Source: an uncultured bacterium (GTDB lineage Bacteria > Acidobacteriota > Thermoanaerobaculia > Multivoradales > JAHZIX01). Taken from it: 64,000 nucleotides of DNA. The notes under the pieces were generated by a model. The model searched no databases, was not told where the DNA came from, and worked only from the letters and a program-made list of their open reading frames with translations. The stretch spans positions 224,001-288,000 of the forward strand of contig CBDUPA010000001.1 of assembly GCA_965368975.1 (NCBI GenBank), written 5' to 3'. Made by a program: the position numbers and the translations under genes. This document shows positions 11,271 to 21,282 of the stretch, in pieces (the stretch's first letter is position 1; each line of letters starts with the position of its first letter).

Positions 11271-11345
11271 GGCGACGTGGCCAAGTGGTAAGGCAAGGGT
11301 CTGCAAAACCCTCATTCCCCGGTTCGAATCCGGGCGTCGCCTCCA
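11271..11345 (+). tRNA. tRNA-Cys (GCA)
   Basis: GGCGACG/CGTCGCC acceptor stem, anticodon loop CTGCAAA, GGTTCGAATCC T-arm, encoded CCA. Confidence 0.97.
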
Positions 11346-11398
11346 TACCTCCCTTCCCTCTCTAACAACGGTCCCTCCTGGCAGGAACGAGATCCGTC

Positions 11399-12028
11399 AT
11401 GGCAGACTCAGGCTCGCGCGAAGCCGTACTTGCTGCTTTCCCTGACAAAGATCTCGACGACGACTGGCGCCCGCCAACGCTGACCACCGAGCGTCTGATC
11501 CTGCGAGCCATCGATCGCGACGACGTCCACGGAATCTTCGCCTACGCCAGTGATCCAGAAGTCGTCCGTCACCTGCTGTGGGAGCCACACCAGAGCCTGG
11601 ACGATTCTCACGAGTTCCTGGACAAAGTCTTCGAAGCCTACCGGCGTCAAATGCCGGATCCCTTCGGTATCGTCCTCAAGGATGAACCTGGCAGGGTCCT
11701 CGGCACCGCAGGCTCCCGCTGGGTCTCCTTCGACCACAAGACGATGGAACTCGGCTACGTCGTTGCACGTCCGCACTGGCGCCAGGGCTATGCCACCGAA
11801 GCCGTCTGGGCGGTCGTCTGCTCGACCTTCGCTCTCTACCCCGTAGAGCGCCTGCAAGCCCGCGTCTTCCCCGACAATCCCGCCAGCCGCCGCATCTTGG
11901 AAAAACTCGACTTCCGTCACGAAGGCTGCCTGCGCTCGTCCGTCTGGCGCCTGGAGCGCTTCTGGGACCTGGATATGTTCTCGATGCTGCGGGGGGAGTG
12001 GGAGGAGCGTGTCGCCACGCTGGTGTAG
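11399..12028 (+). CDS. GNAT N-acetyltransferase, RimJ/RimL family
   Basis: LTTERLILR, ELGY...HWRQGYATEA and NPASRRILEKLDF.HEG motifs. Confidence 0.92.
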   Translation: MADSGSREAVLAAFPDKDLDDDWRPPTLTTERLILRAIDRDDVHGIFAYASDPEVVRHLLWEPHQSLDDSHEFLDKVFEAYRRQMPDPFGIVLKDEPGRVLGTAGSRWVSFDHKTMELGYVVARPHWRQGYATEAVWAVVCSTFALYPVERLQARVFPDNPASRRILEKLDFRHEGCLRSSVWRLERFWDLDMFSMLRGEWEERVATLV

Positions 12029-12057
12029 CTCGGTCCCCGTAGGCAAGCACGGAGCGT

Positions 12058-12115
12058 AGGCGGGGACTGTGTCAGGCGGGGATTGTGTCAGGCGGGCACT
12101 GTGTCAGGCGGGCAC
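12058..12115. repeat. 16-bp tandem repeat (~3.6 copies) overlapping the DUF4286 stop codon
   Basis: aggcggggactgtgtc / aggcggggattgtgtc / aggcgggcactgtgtc / aggcgggcac. Confidence 0.85.
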
Positions 12116-12409
12116 CAAGACCCTGCGTGACGCCGAGACGCCTTGCGGGAACTGGTCCGCATGGTCCTTCTGCAGCGCCGCGGCGGCGTTCTGCTGGTAA
12201 GCCAGGTAGGCTTCCAGAGCTGCACAGACGTAGCGGATGACGTAGATAGTGCGGTGCGGGTCTTCCACCGGATCGATCACTTTCTGGATCGTATGGCCGC
12301 GGAAATAGCCGGTGTCGAGCACCGCTGGGATGTGGGTTTCCTTCATCCAGGTGAGCCAGTCGGTTTCGATGGCATCGAGCACGGAGACGGTGACGCTGTA
12401 GACGACCAT
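12104..12409 (-). CDS. DUF4286 family protein
   Basis: MVVYSVTVSV..WLTWMKETHIPAVLDTGYF pattern; 101 aa from ATG 12409. Confidence 0.85.
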   Translation of the reverse strand: MVVYSVTVSVLDAIETDWLTWMKETHIPAVLDTGYFRGHTIQKVIDPVEDPHRTIYVIRYVCAALEAYLAYQQNAAAALQKDHADQFPQGVSASRRVLVPA

Positions 12410-12747
12410 GAGGGGCCCTCGTGAAATTGAAGTTGCAAGCCCCTCTCGGCAGGCACTGAGAGGGGTGGAATGGCCGGCAGAACCTATCATGTGCCCCGGC
12501 TCCTCCCGCGGACGCGTTCGCGTTGCGCGTCTTTCGCCGGAAACTAGAACGCGACTATAGACTCCATAGTCAATTCGAAATATACTCCATCAACTTTCCT
12601 TCCTTTGCGGTCCAACTTTCAACGCCAAGATTCTCTGTCTTCCCTTCCGGGTCCACCAAGTCCGTGTATTCACGGAACGTCTGGCGGTTCGCGTTGTGAG
12701 CTGCCGTTCGGGCCGATTTATAGACCCTGACTTAAGGGAGAAGACCC

Positions 12748-13248
12748 ATGAAGCGATGGAGGACTCGAGTCCTGTACGGGATTCTGGCTGCTCTGGTGCT
12801 GGCCGTGACTGCGGCTGTGCCAGTGCACGCGGAGGAGACGATGAACGGGGCCGCAGCAGGTGGCGAGCTGGCGTCGGTCACCACGGAACAGGCACAGGCA
12901 GCCTTGGTTGCGGCCGGGTTGCGCGTGGTGCTGGATCCCGAGACCGGGCAGTTACGCGCTCCGACCGAGGCCGAAGCTGCGAGCCTGTTCGCCCAAGATC
13001 CGGCGGAGAAGCAGCTCGCGCCGGATGAGCAGAACATGGTGCTCGAGCAGGGACCGGACGGCGCCCTGGTGCTGCACCTGGACGAGCGTTTCCACATGGC
13101 CGCGGTGGTCACTCTCGACGCTGAGGGCCGGCCGGTGATCGAGCATCATGTCGACGCCGCGACGTTCGAGGCGCAAGCGCTCGAAGCCGCGCGTGCCGAA
13201 GAAGCCGGCAAGGAAACAGCTGGCAGCAGCGAGGAGGTGGCGCAATGA
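12748..13248 (+). CDS. Secreted protein with a post-PEP-CTERM-1-like motif
   Basis: Signal peptide; LRVVLDPETGQLRAPT and GPDGALVLHLDERFH; stop overlaps the next start (ATGA). Confidence 0.7.
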   Translation: MKRWRTRVLYGILAALVLAVTAAVPVHAEETMNGAAAGGELASVTTEQAQAALVAAGLRVVLDPETGQLRAPTEAEAASLFAQDPAEKQLAPDEQNMVLEQGPDGALVLHLDERFHMAAVVTLDAEGRPVIEHHVDAATFEAQALEAARAEEAGKETAGSSEEVAQ

Positions 13249-14525
13249 GAATCTCGATCCTGTCCGCGCTCGCTCTCTCGCTGACCGTGCTGTTGCTGGC
13301 CGTGACCGTGACGCCGGCGGTGGCACAGAGCCAGATCGTCATCGTGCCGGGTGCCGGTCTGGCGGACGCCACGGCCGCGGCGCCGGTCGGCGGCAACCCG
13401 GGGACGACCGTCGGTGCTCAGCGCACCAACGTGTTTCTGCGCGCCGCCGACATCTGGTCACGCATGCTGACCAGTAACGTGCCGGTGCGGGTGCAAGCTC
13501 AGTTCGTGCCGCAGTTCTGCAACGCGTTCTCGGCCACTCTGGGCTCGGCCGGGCCGATCACCATCGTCGGCAACTTCACCGGCGCGGTGCTGCCCAACAC
13601 CTGGTACCACGTCGCGCTCGGCAACGCTCAGGCTGGCGTCGACCTGGCGCCGACCGCCAACGATATATCGGCGTCGTTCAACAGCAACCTCAATGGCAAT
13701 CCGGCGTGTCTGGGTGGCAACCAGTGGTACTACGGGTTGGACAACAACCCACCACCGGGCGATATCGACTTCCTGGGCGTCATTCTGCACGAGCTGGCGC
13801 ACGGCCTCGGCTTTAGCACGGTGATCGTCCCGCCCACCTGGGCGCCGCCGTCACCGCTGCCCAACGACGTCTGGAGCCACTTCCTGTTCGACGCCACACT
13901 TGGCGCCAACTGGACCGCGCTGACCCCCGCCGGCAAGCAGTTCTCGGCCACCAACAACGGCAACCTGACGTGGTCGGGCGCCAACGTGACGGCAGCCGCG
14001 ACCGGCGTGCTGACCAGCGGTATCAATGCCGCCACCGGCTTCGTCCAGATGTACGCACCGGCAACCTACAACGGTGGTTCGTCGGTGTCGCACTTTGATA
14101 CCGCGGTGTTCCCGAACGAGCTGATGGAGCCGTTCTTCACCAATCCCACCAACAAGGTAGGACTGGCGCAGCCGCTGTTCCAGGACATCGGTTGGAACAC
14201 GACACCGCAGAATTACGTGATGTACACGCCGATCCCGGGGCCGGCGGGCAACACCAACGTGTTCTCGGCCGGCAATGGTACTTCGGGTGACACGACCTAC
14301 CTGCTCTACGGCTTCACGCCAGGTGGCGTGGCGATCCCCGGCTGCGGAGCCGCCACCACGGGTATGGCTGACGTCAACATCCTGGCGTCGGGACCGACCG
14401 CGGCCAACGGCAACTTCGACATCCAGCTGCCCATTGGCAGCGGTCTGGCCGGGGTGACGGTGCTGCTGCAGGCCGTCGAGCTGCCGTCCTGCAAGGTCAG
14501 TCCGCTGCTCACGCACACCTTCTGA
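13245..14525 (+). CDS. Secreted zinc metallopeptidase
   Basis: Signal peptide; ILHELAHGLG HExxH motif; GSSVSHFD..NELMEP region supplying third ligand and Met-turn. Confidence 0.85.
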   Translation: MRISILSALALSLTVLLLAVTVTPAVAQSQIVIVPGAGLADATAAAPVGGNPGTTVGAQRTNVFLRAADIWSRMLTSNVPVRVQAQFVPQFCNAFSATLGSAGPITIVGNFTGAVLPNTWYHVALGNAQAGVDLAPTANDISASFNSNLNGNPACLGGNQWYYGLDNNPPPGDIDFLGVILHELAHGLGFSTVIVPPTWAPPSPLPNDVWSHFLFDATLGANWTALTPAGKQFSATNNGNLTWSGANVTAAATGVLTSGINAATGFVQMYAPATYNGGSSVSHFDTAVFPNELMEPFFTNPTNKVGLAQPLFQDIGWNTTPQNYVMYTPIPGPAGNTNVFSAGNGTSGDTTYLLYGFTPGGVAIPGCGAATTGMADVNILASGPTAANGNFDIQLPIGSGLAGVTVLLQAVELPSCKVSPLLTHTF

Positions 14526-14550
14526 CGCGCGATCCATCGACTCTCGATCG

Positions 14551-14584
14551 AAGCACTCCCGCCTGCTGGGTGGGAGTGCTTTTT
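14551..14584 (+). terminator. Intrinsic terminator
   Basis: AAGCACTCCC...GGGAGTGCTT stem followed by a T run, downstream of the peptidase. Confidence 0.85.
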
Positions 14585-14740
14585 GCTGTGGTCAGAGCTT
14601 CTGAGGGGGGCCGGCTGCCAGACACCCGTCGTGGTGCCGTTGTGCGGCAGCTCGAGGAGCGGTAGGGTGGAGAGGAGGGAATGTTGGGACGGCCGCGCGG
14701 GTTGGGAAAGGTAGTCCCGCAAGAAATAAGGAGTTCCGTC

Positions 14741-15829
14741 ATGACCGTGAACATGCGTAGATATCTACTGCTGGCTCCGACTGTGTTCGGCGTGCTGGCT
14801 TTCTGTAGCTTGCTCCTGGGCACCGTTGCGACCGCGCAGCCGCCGGAGCGTTTCGGCAGCGAGGTGCAGGTCACTGAGGTGCTGCTCGACGTGCTGGTCA
14901 CCGACGACGATGGCAGCGTGGTCATCGGCCTCGACAAGGATGATTTCGTGGTCGAGGAGGACGGTGAGTCCATTGAGGTGGCGTCGATGTCGTTCTACAG
15001 CAACCGCCGCTTCTTGGAGTCGCTCGGTGGGGCCGTTCCCGGCTTGGAACCGGAGCAGGTGCCGCAGGATCGTTTCTTCGTGCTCTTTTTCTACCGTCCA
15101 CTGCTCGAGACCGATCTCATGTTGAAGCTGGCGGACGCTGGACGGCAGGCCGAGCGCTGGGTGCGCCGAGACCTGATGGACGGCGACTACGTGGCGGTCG
15201 TCGCCTACGACGGTCGTCTGCGCTTGCACCGGGACTTCACTACCGACCGCGACGCGCTGGGCTATGCCATCCGGCGAGCGGCGGCGAACAAGGAACCGGA
15301 GGGTGAATGGCCCTCGCGCGCTGGTGATCGCGCTGTGCCCGTGCTGCTCGAGACTCTGCCGCGTGGCGACGAGTTGCGCGATGCGACGCCCACCATCTAC
15401 AAGGCGTTGGAAGTGCTAGCTGGTGGGCTCGAGCGCGTCGTGGGGCGCAAGAATATCGTCTTCTTCGGCATCGACCTACCGCAATACCACGGCACTCCGG
15501 AAAGCCCTGACGCGATCAAGTTCCCGCCCACGGCGCGGGCACTGAACGACGCCAACACCGCCTTCTACGCCATTCCGGTGTTCGGCCGCTACACTCAGAA
15601 CCAGCTCACCTTCCTGGCCGACGCCACCGGGGGGCGCGCTATCACGCAATACTCGCGCTTCAGCGACGCTCTGCAGCAGATCGCGCAGGAGAACAGCGGC
15701 TACTACCTGCTCAGCTACACGCGCCAGCGCCCGGCGGGGGTGTCGGGCTACCAGGAGGTGACGGTGCGGGTGGAGAACCCGGAGTTGAACGTGCGGAGTC
15801 GGGGCGGCTATGCGTACGGGCAGGAATGA
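14741..15829 (+). CDS. VWA domain protein, acidobacterial VWFA type
   Basis: TAAGGAG RBS; VLLDVLVTD..G..V.GL..DDF.V.EDG, GRKNIVFF, LADATGG, YYLLSY and VRSRGGY motifs. Confidence 0.88.
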   Translation: MTVNMRRYLLLAPTVFGVLAFCSLLLGTVATAQPPERFGSEVQVTEVLLDVLVTDDDGSVVIGLDKDDFVVEEDGESIEVASMSFYSNRRFLESLGGAVPGLEPEQVPQDRFFVLFFYRPLLETDLMLKLADAGRQAERWVRRDLMDGDYVAVVAYDGRLRLHRDFTTDRDALGYAIRRAAANKEPEGEWPSRAGDRAVPVLLETLPRGDELRDATPTIYKALEVLAGGLERVVGRKNIVFFGIDLPQYHGTPESPDAIKFPPTARALNDANTAFYAIPVFGRYTQNQLTFLADATGGRAITQYSRFSDALQQIAQENSGYYLLSYTRQRPAGVSGYQEVTVRVENPELNVRSRGGYAYGQE

Positions 15830-15847
15830 TTAGGGAATCCCCTCGCT

Positions 15848-15927
15848 CAGGGCACCCACACGGGGGTGCCCCTACCCAGATCTGGCCCCGGAACTCTGGG
15901 TAGGGGCACCCCCGTGTGCCTGCCCTG
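15848..15927. repeat. Inverted pair of GTAG-type REP elements (REPIN-like doublet)
   Basis: GTAGGGGCACCCCCGTGTG(GG/CC)TGCCCT present once on each strand, flanking a ~14-nt spacer, between convergent genes. Confidence 0.8.
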
Positions 15928-15954
15928 TGGCGTAGCCGCATCTGGTGTCCTGCT

Positions 15955-16944
15955 TTAGATGTCTGGCTCCCGCCCCGTGATCCGCCGAAATGCCTCCAAG
16001 TACCGCTCACGTGTCCCCGCCACGACGTCGACGGGTAGTTCCGGTGGCTCGCTGACGTGGTCCCAGCCGGAGGCGTCGAGCCAGTTGCGCACGTACTGCT
16101 TGTCGAACGATGGCGGCTCTTCCCCGGGCTGCCAGGCATCGGCCGGCCAGTAGCGGGACGAATCCGGGGTCAGAACCTCGTCGATCAGGGCTAGTTCGCC
16201 ATCGATCCAGCCGAATTCGAACTTGGTGTCGGCCAGGATCAGGCCCTGCCGGGCGGCGTGCTCGGCACCTTGCTGGTAGAGATCGAGCGTCGCCGCGCGC
16301 AGACGTTCGGCCAGCTCACGGCCATGCGGCTGGGTGCTTTGGGGCAGTTGGGCGAGAGAGTCGGCCATGACCTCGAAGCTGACGTTCTCGTCGTGCCCAC
16401 TCTCGGCCTTGGTCGCGGGGGTGAAGATCGGCTCGGGCAATCTCGACGCGCGCTCGAGGCCGGGAGGCAGCGCCAGGCCGCAGACGGTACCGCTCTGCAC
16501 GTACTCACGGTAGCCACTGCCCGCCAGGTAGCCTCGGGCCACGCACTCGAAGGGCACGACGTCCGCATTGTGCACCCAGATGGAGCGACCGGCGAGGGTA
16601 TTGCGGTGTGCCTGTAGGGTGGCGGGAAAGTCGTCGACGCGGGTAGCGCGCAGGTGGTGGCGCAAGCCCAGGCGGGAGAGGTCGAGGTGCTCGAACCAGA
16701 AGTTGGCCAGCTGGGTGAGGATCTTGCCCTTGTCCGGGATGCCTGGACGGAGCACGAAGTCGTAGGCGGACAGCCGATCGGTGGCGACGAGAAGCAGGCC
16801 GCCGGGTGCCTCGGTACTCGACTCAGAAGTACCCAGCTCCGGCGCGTCGAGGTCATACACGTCGCGTACTTTGCCGCGCCGCGGAGCGGGCAGGCCGGGT
16901 AGATCGCTGGTGGCGAGGGCGGCGGGAAGGGACGAAAGGCTCAT
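15955..16944 (-). CDS. purC: SAICAR synthase
   Basis: [49 protein letters not shown] and FDKQYVR motifs. Confidence 0.97.
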   Translation of the reverse strand: MSLSSLPAALATSDLPGLPAPRRGKVRDVYDLDAPELGTSESSTEAPGGLLLVATDRLSAYDFVLRPGIPDKGKILTQLANFWFEHLDLSRLGLRHHLRATRVDDFPATLQAHRNTLAGRSIWVHNADVVPFECVARGYLAGSGYREYVQSGTVCGLALPPGLERASRLPEPIFTPATKAESGHDENVSFEVMADSLAQLPQSTQPHGRELAERLRAATLDLYQQGAEHAARQGLILADTKFEFGWIDGELALIDEVLTPDSSRYWPADAWQPGEEPPSFDKQYVRNWLDASGWDHVSEPPELPVDVVAGTRERYLEAFRRITGREPDI

Positions 16945-16970
16945 GGGGTGGCGCTCGCGGTCAGGACGGC

Positions 16971-19040
16971 TCAGGCAGGAGGGGGGGGCAGCCGTTTCGC
17001 GCCCGAGCGGTCATGGCGCTCGCGCGTCAGCTCGCTTTCCAGGGCGGCGAGCAGGCCGGTCTGTAGGATGGTTCGGGGAATCTCGCTCAGCTGGGTACGG
17101 TCCAGTTCTTCACCATCGACGATCTCGTATACGGGCAGCTGGTCGAGGCCCTTGAGCCGTGCCAGACCCAGCTTGCGCAGGCCGAAGAGAAACTCGTTGC
17201 CGGCGCTGTCCTGTAGCGGCAGCACCAGGTAGCTGGCGCCATGATGGCGCAGGCGGTAAACCTTGTTCAGATCTTGGTCCAGTTGCAGGCCGGTAATGAA
17301 CTTCTCGGTGGCGACGATACCCTCGTTGATCAGGTGACCGTTCTGGTTGATGTAAGCGTAGAACGGGCGGGACTCTTGTTGACGGTCGACCAGGTCGACA
17401 TCCGTCTTGGTCATCGGCGCGAAGAAGCGGAAGACCTCGGATTGCTCGTAGCCCTGCGAGATCAGCATGGTCTTGACCTCGTCGATCTCTTTGGTCGCCT
17501 TGCCGGTCGTCAGGCGCGACAGCTCGACCAGGCCGTGGCCGAAGAACTCGTAACGTTCTTCGCGCGGGGAGTTGCTGCGGAGCGGGATCAGGCGGTAGGA
17601 ACCGTAGTTGAGGGCAATGCGCATGCCGCGGTCGAACGGGAAACCTTCCTCCAGCGCGTGCGCGTAGCAGCGCTGCAGGTGTACGGCACCGATCAGCAGG
17701 TCGCGAGGGTGGCGGCCGGAGTAGAAAGCGCCGTCACCCAGATATTTCTCGAGCTTCATGCGGTAGGACTTGGCGAGTTGGTTGAGCCGCCGCTGGAAGC
17801 GGAACATCAGGCGGAACGACTCTTCCTGCATCTCGTGGCCGGACATGCCGAGCATCGAGAGCACGGCCGAGAATTCAGTGATGTCGTACACCAGGCCGAA
17901 GCGATCGACCAGCGGGTCGACGACCCAGGCGGCCATGAAGTCGAGCGGTCGAGTGGCCGGCGACAGGTAGAGCTCGGTCTTGCCCATCCACGTGCGGCTG
18001 AGGCTCGGCCGGCAGTACAGGCGGTCGTCCTTGCGTTTCATCGGCACGGTGAAGCGGCGCAGAGCGTGGAACAGTTCGAACTCCTTGAGCTTGACCAGCA
18101 GACTCTCCCAGACGCGCAGCTGGGCTGGCCCGAGCAGGCGTTCGGTGTCATAGCCGGGAAGGGTCGCCAGGAAGGTGCAGTAGCCCGAAGTGGTCAGTAG
18201 CTGTACCGGGTTCTCTTCCGGATCGCGCTTGAGCACGTGGACCGCGAAGTTCGTCAGCACCGGATCCTGCTTGTAGCGCAGCATGTGCCACTGCGTCAGT
18301 TCTTCGAGACGCTTGCGCAGGTCTTTGCCGTCGATGTGCAGCGAGCCGTTGAAGTAGCTGCTCAGCTCGGTCAGGCCGGGACTGATGTAATCCTCAGTGA
18401 AGATCAGGACGTTGTCGAGCATGCGCCGCAGCAGGCTGGGGAAGAGCTCTTCTTCGAGTTCCTCTGTGTCGAGCGCTAGACGGTTGACCATGTCGTAGGT
18501 CGTCGCCAGCAGGCGATCCTGGAAGCGGTCGAAGATCTGGTACTTGAGGGCGTCGCCCTGGCTGCGCCCGAGTTCGAGGTCGACGCGCAGGATGCGCTTG
18601 GGCGTCTCCTTGAGGAAGCGGGCGATGTCGAGCGAGTGGTAGAGCCAGAAGATGCTGGGGTAGTGGCGGCCGTAGCTCGACAGCGTGACGTTCTCGAGTG
18701 CCTGGCTGAGCAGCGTGCGGTAGGCGTCCCAGGCTGCCCCGTGCGCCTTGCGGTCTGAGCTGCGTCGCAGAGCCAGTTGCGTTTGGGCTTTCTCTTCCTG
18801 TTCCAGGTACGTGCCGAGTGCTGTGCGCAGCTCTTGGAACGAACGCGTCACCAGCAGCGGGAAACCCCACAGCGGCGTCGATGCTTCGTCTTCCAGGTAG
18901 ATGCGTTGCGGCAGCGGTAGGCTTTCCTGGTGGTCCGGCACTAGCGCTCGTAGCTCGTCGGCTTCCGGACGCAGGAAGCCGAACGGGCCCCGCAGCAAGT
19001 AGGTCAGGGAAGGGGGAGTGTTCACAGCGCGGTTTTGCAC
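16971..19040 (-). CDS. Large protein with a C-terminal degenerate class III nucleotidyl-cyclase-like domain
   Basis: 689-aa ORF; LVYDITEFS, EKYLGDG, MRIALNYG and YEFFG...SRL resemble adenylate/guanylate cyclase motifs; GTG start 7 nt after TACGCT. Confidence 0.7.
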   Translation of the reverse strand: MQNRAVNTPPSLTYLLRGPFGFLRPEADELRALVPDHQESLPLPQRIYLEDEASTPLWGFPLLVTRSFQELRTALGTYLEQEEKAQTQLALRRSSDRKAHGAAWDAYRTLLSQALENVTLSSYGRHYPSIFWLYHSLDIARFLKETPKRILRVDLELGRSQGDALKYQIFDRFQDRLLATTYDMVNRLALDTEELEEELFPSLLRRMLDNVLIFTEDYISPGLTELSSYFNGSLHIDGKDLRKRLEELTQWHMLRYKQDPVLTNFAVHVLKRDPEENPVQLLTTSGYCTFLATLPGYDTERLLGPAQLRVWESLLVKLKEFELFHALRRFTVPMKRKDDRLYCRPSLSRTWMGKTELYLSPATRPLDFMAAWVVDPLVDRFGLVYDITEFSAVLSMLGMSGHEMQEESFRLMFRFQRRLNQLAKSYRMKLEKYLGDGAFYSGRHPRDLLIGAVHLQRCYAHALEEGFPFDRGMRIALNYGSYRLIPLRSNSPREERYEFFGHGLVELSRLTTGKATKEIDEVKTMLISQGYEQSEVFRFFAPMTKTDVDLVDRQQESRPFYAYINQNGHLINEGIVATEKFITGLQLDQDLNKVYRLRHHGASYLVLPLQDSAGNEFLFGLRKLGLARLKGLDQLPVYEIVDGEELDRTQLSEIPRTILQTGLLAALESELTRERHDRSGAKRLPPPPA

Positions 19041-19099
19041 GTCGGTTAGCGTATAACATCGGGGCGGAGGGCTGAAGCCACCCGCGATTCGATCACCCG

Positions 19100-20245
19100 A
19101 TGCCTATGACTGTACTTCCTCCTGACGCGCAACCCGCTGATGACGGTTCCGCCGCTGCATCGCCGCCGTTGCTGCACCTCGACGATCTGTGCGTCGAGGT
19201 GAAGATGCGCGGTGGCTGGACGCCGGTGGTGCGTGGCGTCTCGATGATGCTGGAGCGTGGCGAGTTCGTAGGCGTGGTCGGGGAGTCGGGGTCGGGCAAG
19301 AGTCTGACCGCCTTGTCCGTGATGGGCTTGCTGCCGCCGGTGGCGCGTGCGCGGGGCAGGGTCTGGCTCGACGGTGAGGTCCCCGGCGCCGCGGCGCAGG
19401 ATCTGCTGACCCTGGACGAACGTCAGCTGTGCCACGTGCGCGGTGGTCGCATCGGCATGGTCTTCCAGGAGCCGTCGACGTCGCTCAACCCGGTGTTGTC
19501 GATCGGATATCAGATTGCCGAGGCGGTGCGCGCTCACGGCAGCGTTGCGGGTGCCGAACCGGCAACGGGAGGGCGTCGCCCTTCCAGGGCACAGGCGCGC
19601 CGGGAGGCCGAGCGCCTTCTCGACTTGGTCGCCATGCCGGATGCCCGACGCCGTCTGGACGACTACCCGCATCAGCTTTCTGGCGGCCAGCGCCAGCGGG
19701 TCATGATCGCCATGGCCCTGGCCGGCAATCCCGACCTACTGCTCGCCGACGAGCCGACCACCGCGCTCGACGTCACCATCCAGGCGCAGATCCTGGACCT
19801 GCTCGAGGGCTTGCGCCGCGACCTCGACTTGACGATTCTGCTGATCACGCACGATCTGGCCGTGGTCGCCGAGACCTGCGAACGCGTGCTGGTGATGTAC
19901 GCCGGCCAGGTGGTCGAGTCGGCGCCGGTCGAACGTCTGTTCGAGCAGCCGGCACATCCGTACAGTCGCGGTCTGCTGGCGGCGTTGCCGCGGCTCGGAG
20001 CACCGCGGCGCGAGGGTGGTCTGGCGACCATTCCGGGGCAGGTACCCGTGCCCGGACGCCTGCCCAGCGGCTGTGCTTTCCACCCGCGCTGCAGAGATGC
20101 GATGGCGCGCTGCAGTCTTCAGGAGCCGGAGCTGTGGTCTGTGAGCGATCTTCAGGAGGGTGTCGACCTCGGGGATGAAGCCGGTGTCCGTGCGCGCTGC
20201 TTTCTCTACGATCGCACGTCGGCGCAGGAGGGGCCCCCGACGTGA
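19100..20245 (+). CDS. Oligopeptide/dipeptide ABC transporter ATP-binding protein (DppD/OppD-like)
   Basis: [37 protein letters not shown] and GCAFHPRC motifs. Confidence 0.95.
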   Translation: MPMTVLPPDAQPADDGSAAASPPLLHLDDLCVEVKMRGGWTPVVRGVSMMLERGEFVGVVGESGSGKSLTALSVMGLLPPVARARGRVWLDGEVPGAAAQDLLTLDERQLCHVRGGRIGMVFQEPSTSLNPVLSIGYQIAEAVRAHGSVAGAEPATGGRRPSRAQARREAERLLDLVAMPDARRRLDDYPHQLSGGQRQRVMIAMALAGNPDLLLADEPTTALDVTIQAQILDLLEGLRRDLDLTILLITHDLAVVAETCERVLVMYAGQVVESAPVERLFEQPAHPYSRGLLAALPRLGAPRREGGLATIPGQVPVPGRLPSGCAFHPRCRDAMARCSLQEPELWSVSDLQEGVDLGDEAGVRARCFLYDRTSAQEGPPT

Positions 20246-21114
20246 GCCGCCCACCCCGGGACGCGCCGGCGCAGCCACCGCTGCTCGAGGTGCGGGGCCT
20301 GACGAAGGTCTACAGCGTGCGTCGCGGGCTGCTGCAGCGCCAGCAGGGTGAGATTCGCGCGCTCGACGGCGTCGACCTGACGCTGCAGCGTGGCGAGTGC
20401 TACGCCGTGGTCGGCGAGTCGGGCAGTGGCAAGACGACCCTCGGTCGCTGCATCGTGCGCCTCCTGCAGCCGACCTCCGGCCAGGTGTTGTTCCAGGGTG
20501 TCGACCTCACCGCGCTGCACGGGGAAGAGCTGCGCCGCCGCCGCCGCGGTTTCCAGATGGTGTTCCAGGACCCCTACGGTTCGCTCAATCCGCGGTTGCG
20601 CGTCGGTTCGGTGCTGCGCGAGGTGCTGGACGTGCACCGCCTGGGCAGCGCGGCCGAGCGGCCGGGGCGGGTGGCCGAACTGCTGCGCCAGGTGGGTCTG
20701 GAGCCGGACGCTGCCGATCGCTTCCCGCACGAGTTCTCGGGCGGCCAGCGTCAGCGCATCGGCATCGCGCGCGCGCTCGCCACCGAACCGCAGCTGCTGG
20801 TCGCCGACGAGCCGGTCTCGGCGCTCGACGTCTCGGTGCGTGCCCAGATCATCAACCTGCTCAGCGATCTGCAGCGTCGGCTCGGGCTGACCGTGCTGCT
20901 GATTGCGCACGACCTGGCGGTCGTCGAGCAGGTGGCGGACCGTGTCGCTGTCATGTACCAGGGGCGCATCGTTGAAGAAGCGACGGCCGCGGATGTCTTT
21001 CGTGACCCACGGCACGCCTACACGCGCAGCCTGCTCTCCGCAGTGCCGATCGCCGATCCACGGCGGCGGCAGAAGCGTCGAAAGGTCCACGTGCCGCTCC
21101 CGGACAGCGGGTAG
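20242..21114 (+). CDS. Oligopeptide/dipeptide ABC transporter ATP-binding protein (DppF/OppF-like)
   Basis: GESGSGKT, FQDPYGSLNPR, FPHEFSGGQRQR and ADEPVSALD motifs; start overlaps the upstream stop. Confidence 0.95.
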   Translation: MSRPPRDAPAQPPLLEVRGLTKVYSVRRGLLQRQQGEIRALDGVDLTLQRGECYAVVGESGSGKTTLGRCIVRLLQPTSGQVLFQGVDLTALHGEELRRRRRGFQMVFQDPYGSLNPRLRVGSVLREVLDVHRLGSAAERPGRVAELLRQVGLEPDAADRFPHEFSGGQRQRIGIARALATEPQLLVADEPVSALDVSVRAQIINLLSDLQRRLGLTVLLIAHDLAVVEQVADRVAVMYQGRIVEEATAADVFRDPRHAYTRSLLSAVPIADPRRRQKRRKVHVPLPDSG

Positions 21115-21282
21115 CCTGCTACTATCCGGTCGAGGAGATGCCCGAAGCCATGCTGCCAATGGCACCCAATTCCGCTTGAGAATTGCGCCAGTGTATGGAA
21201 CATTTGCTCCGCTTGGACGTAGCATGAGCGAAGGGCGATCCGTGCAAGGATTTCGAAACCTGCCCCCGAGGAGGACAGATTG

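Noticed and set aside
11059-12500. tRNA-anchored genomic island
   Set aside because: No integrase, and I saw no duplicated tRNA 3' end in the window
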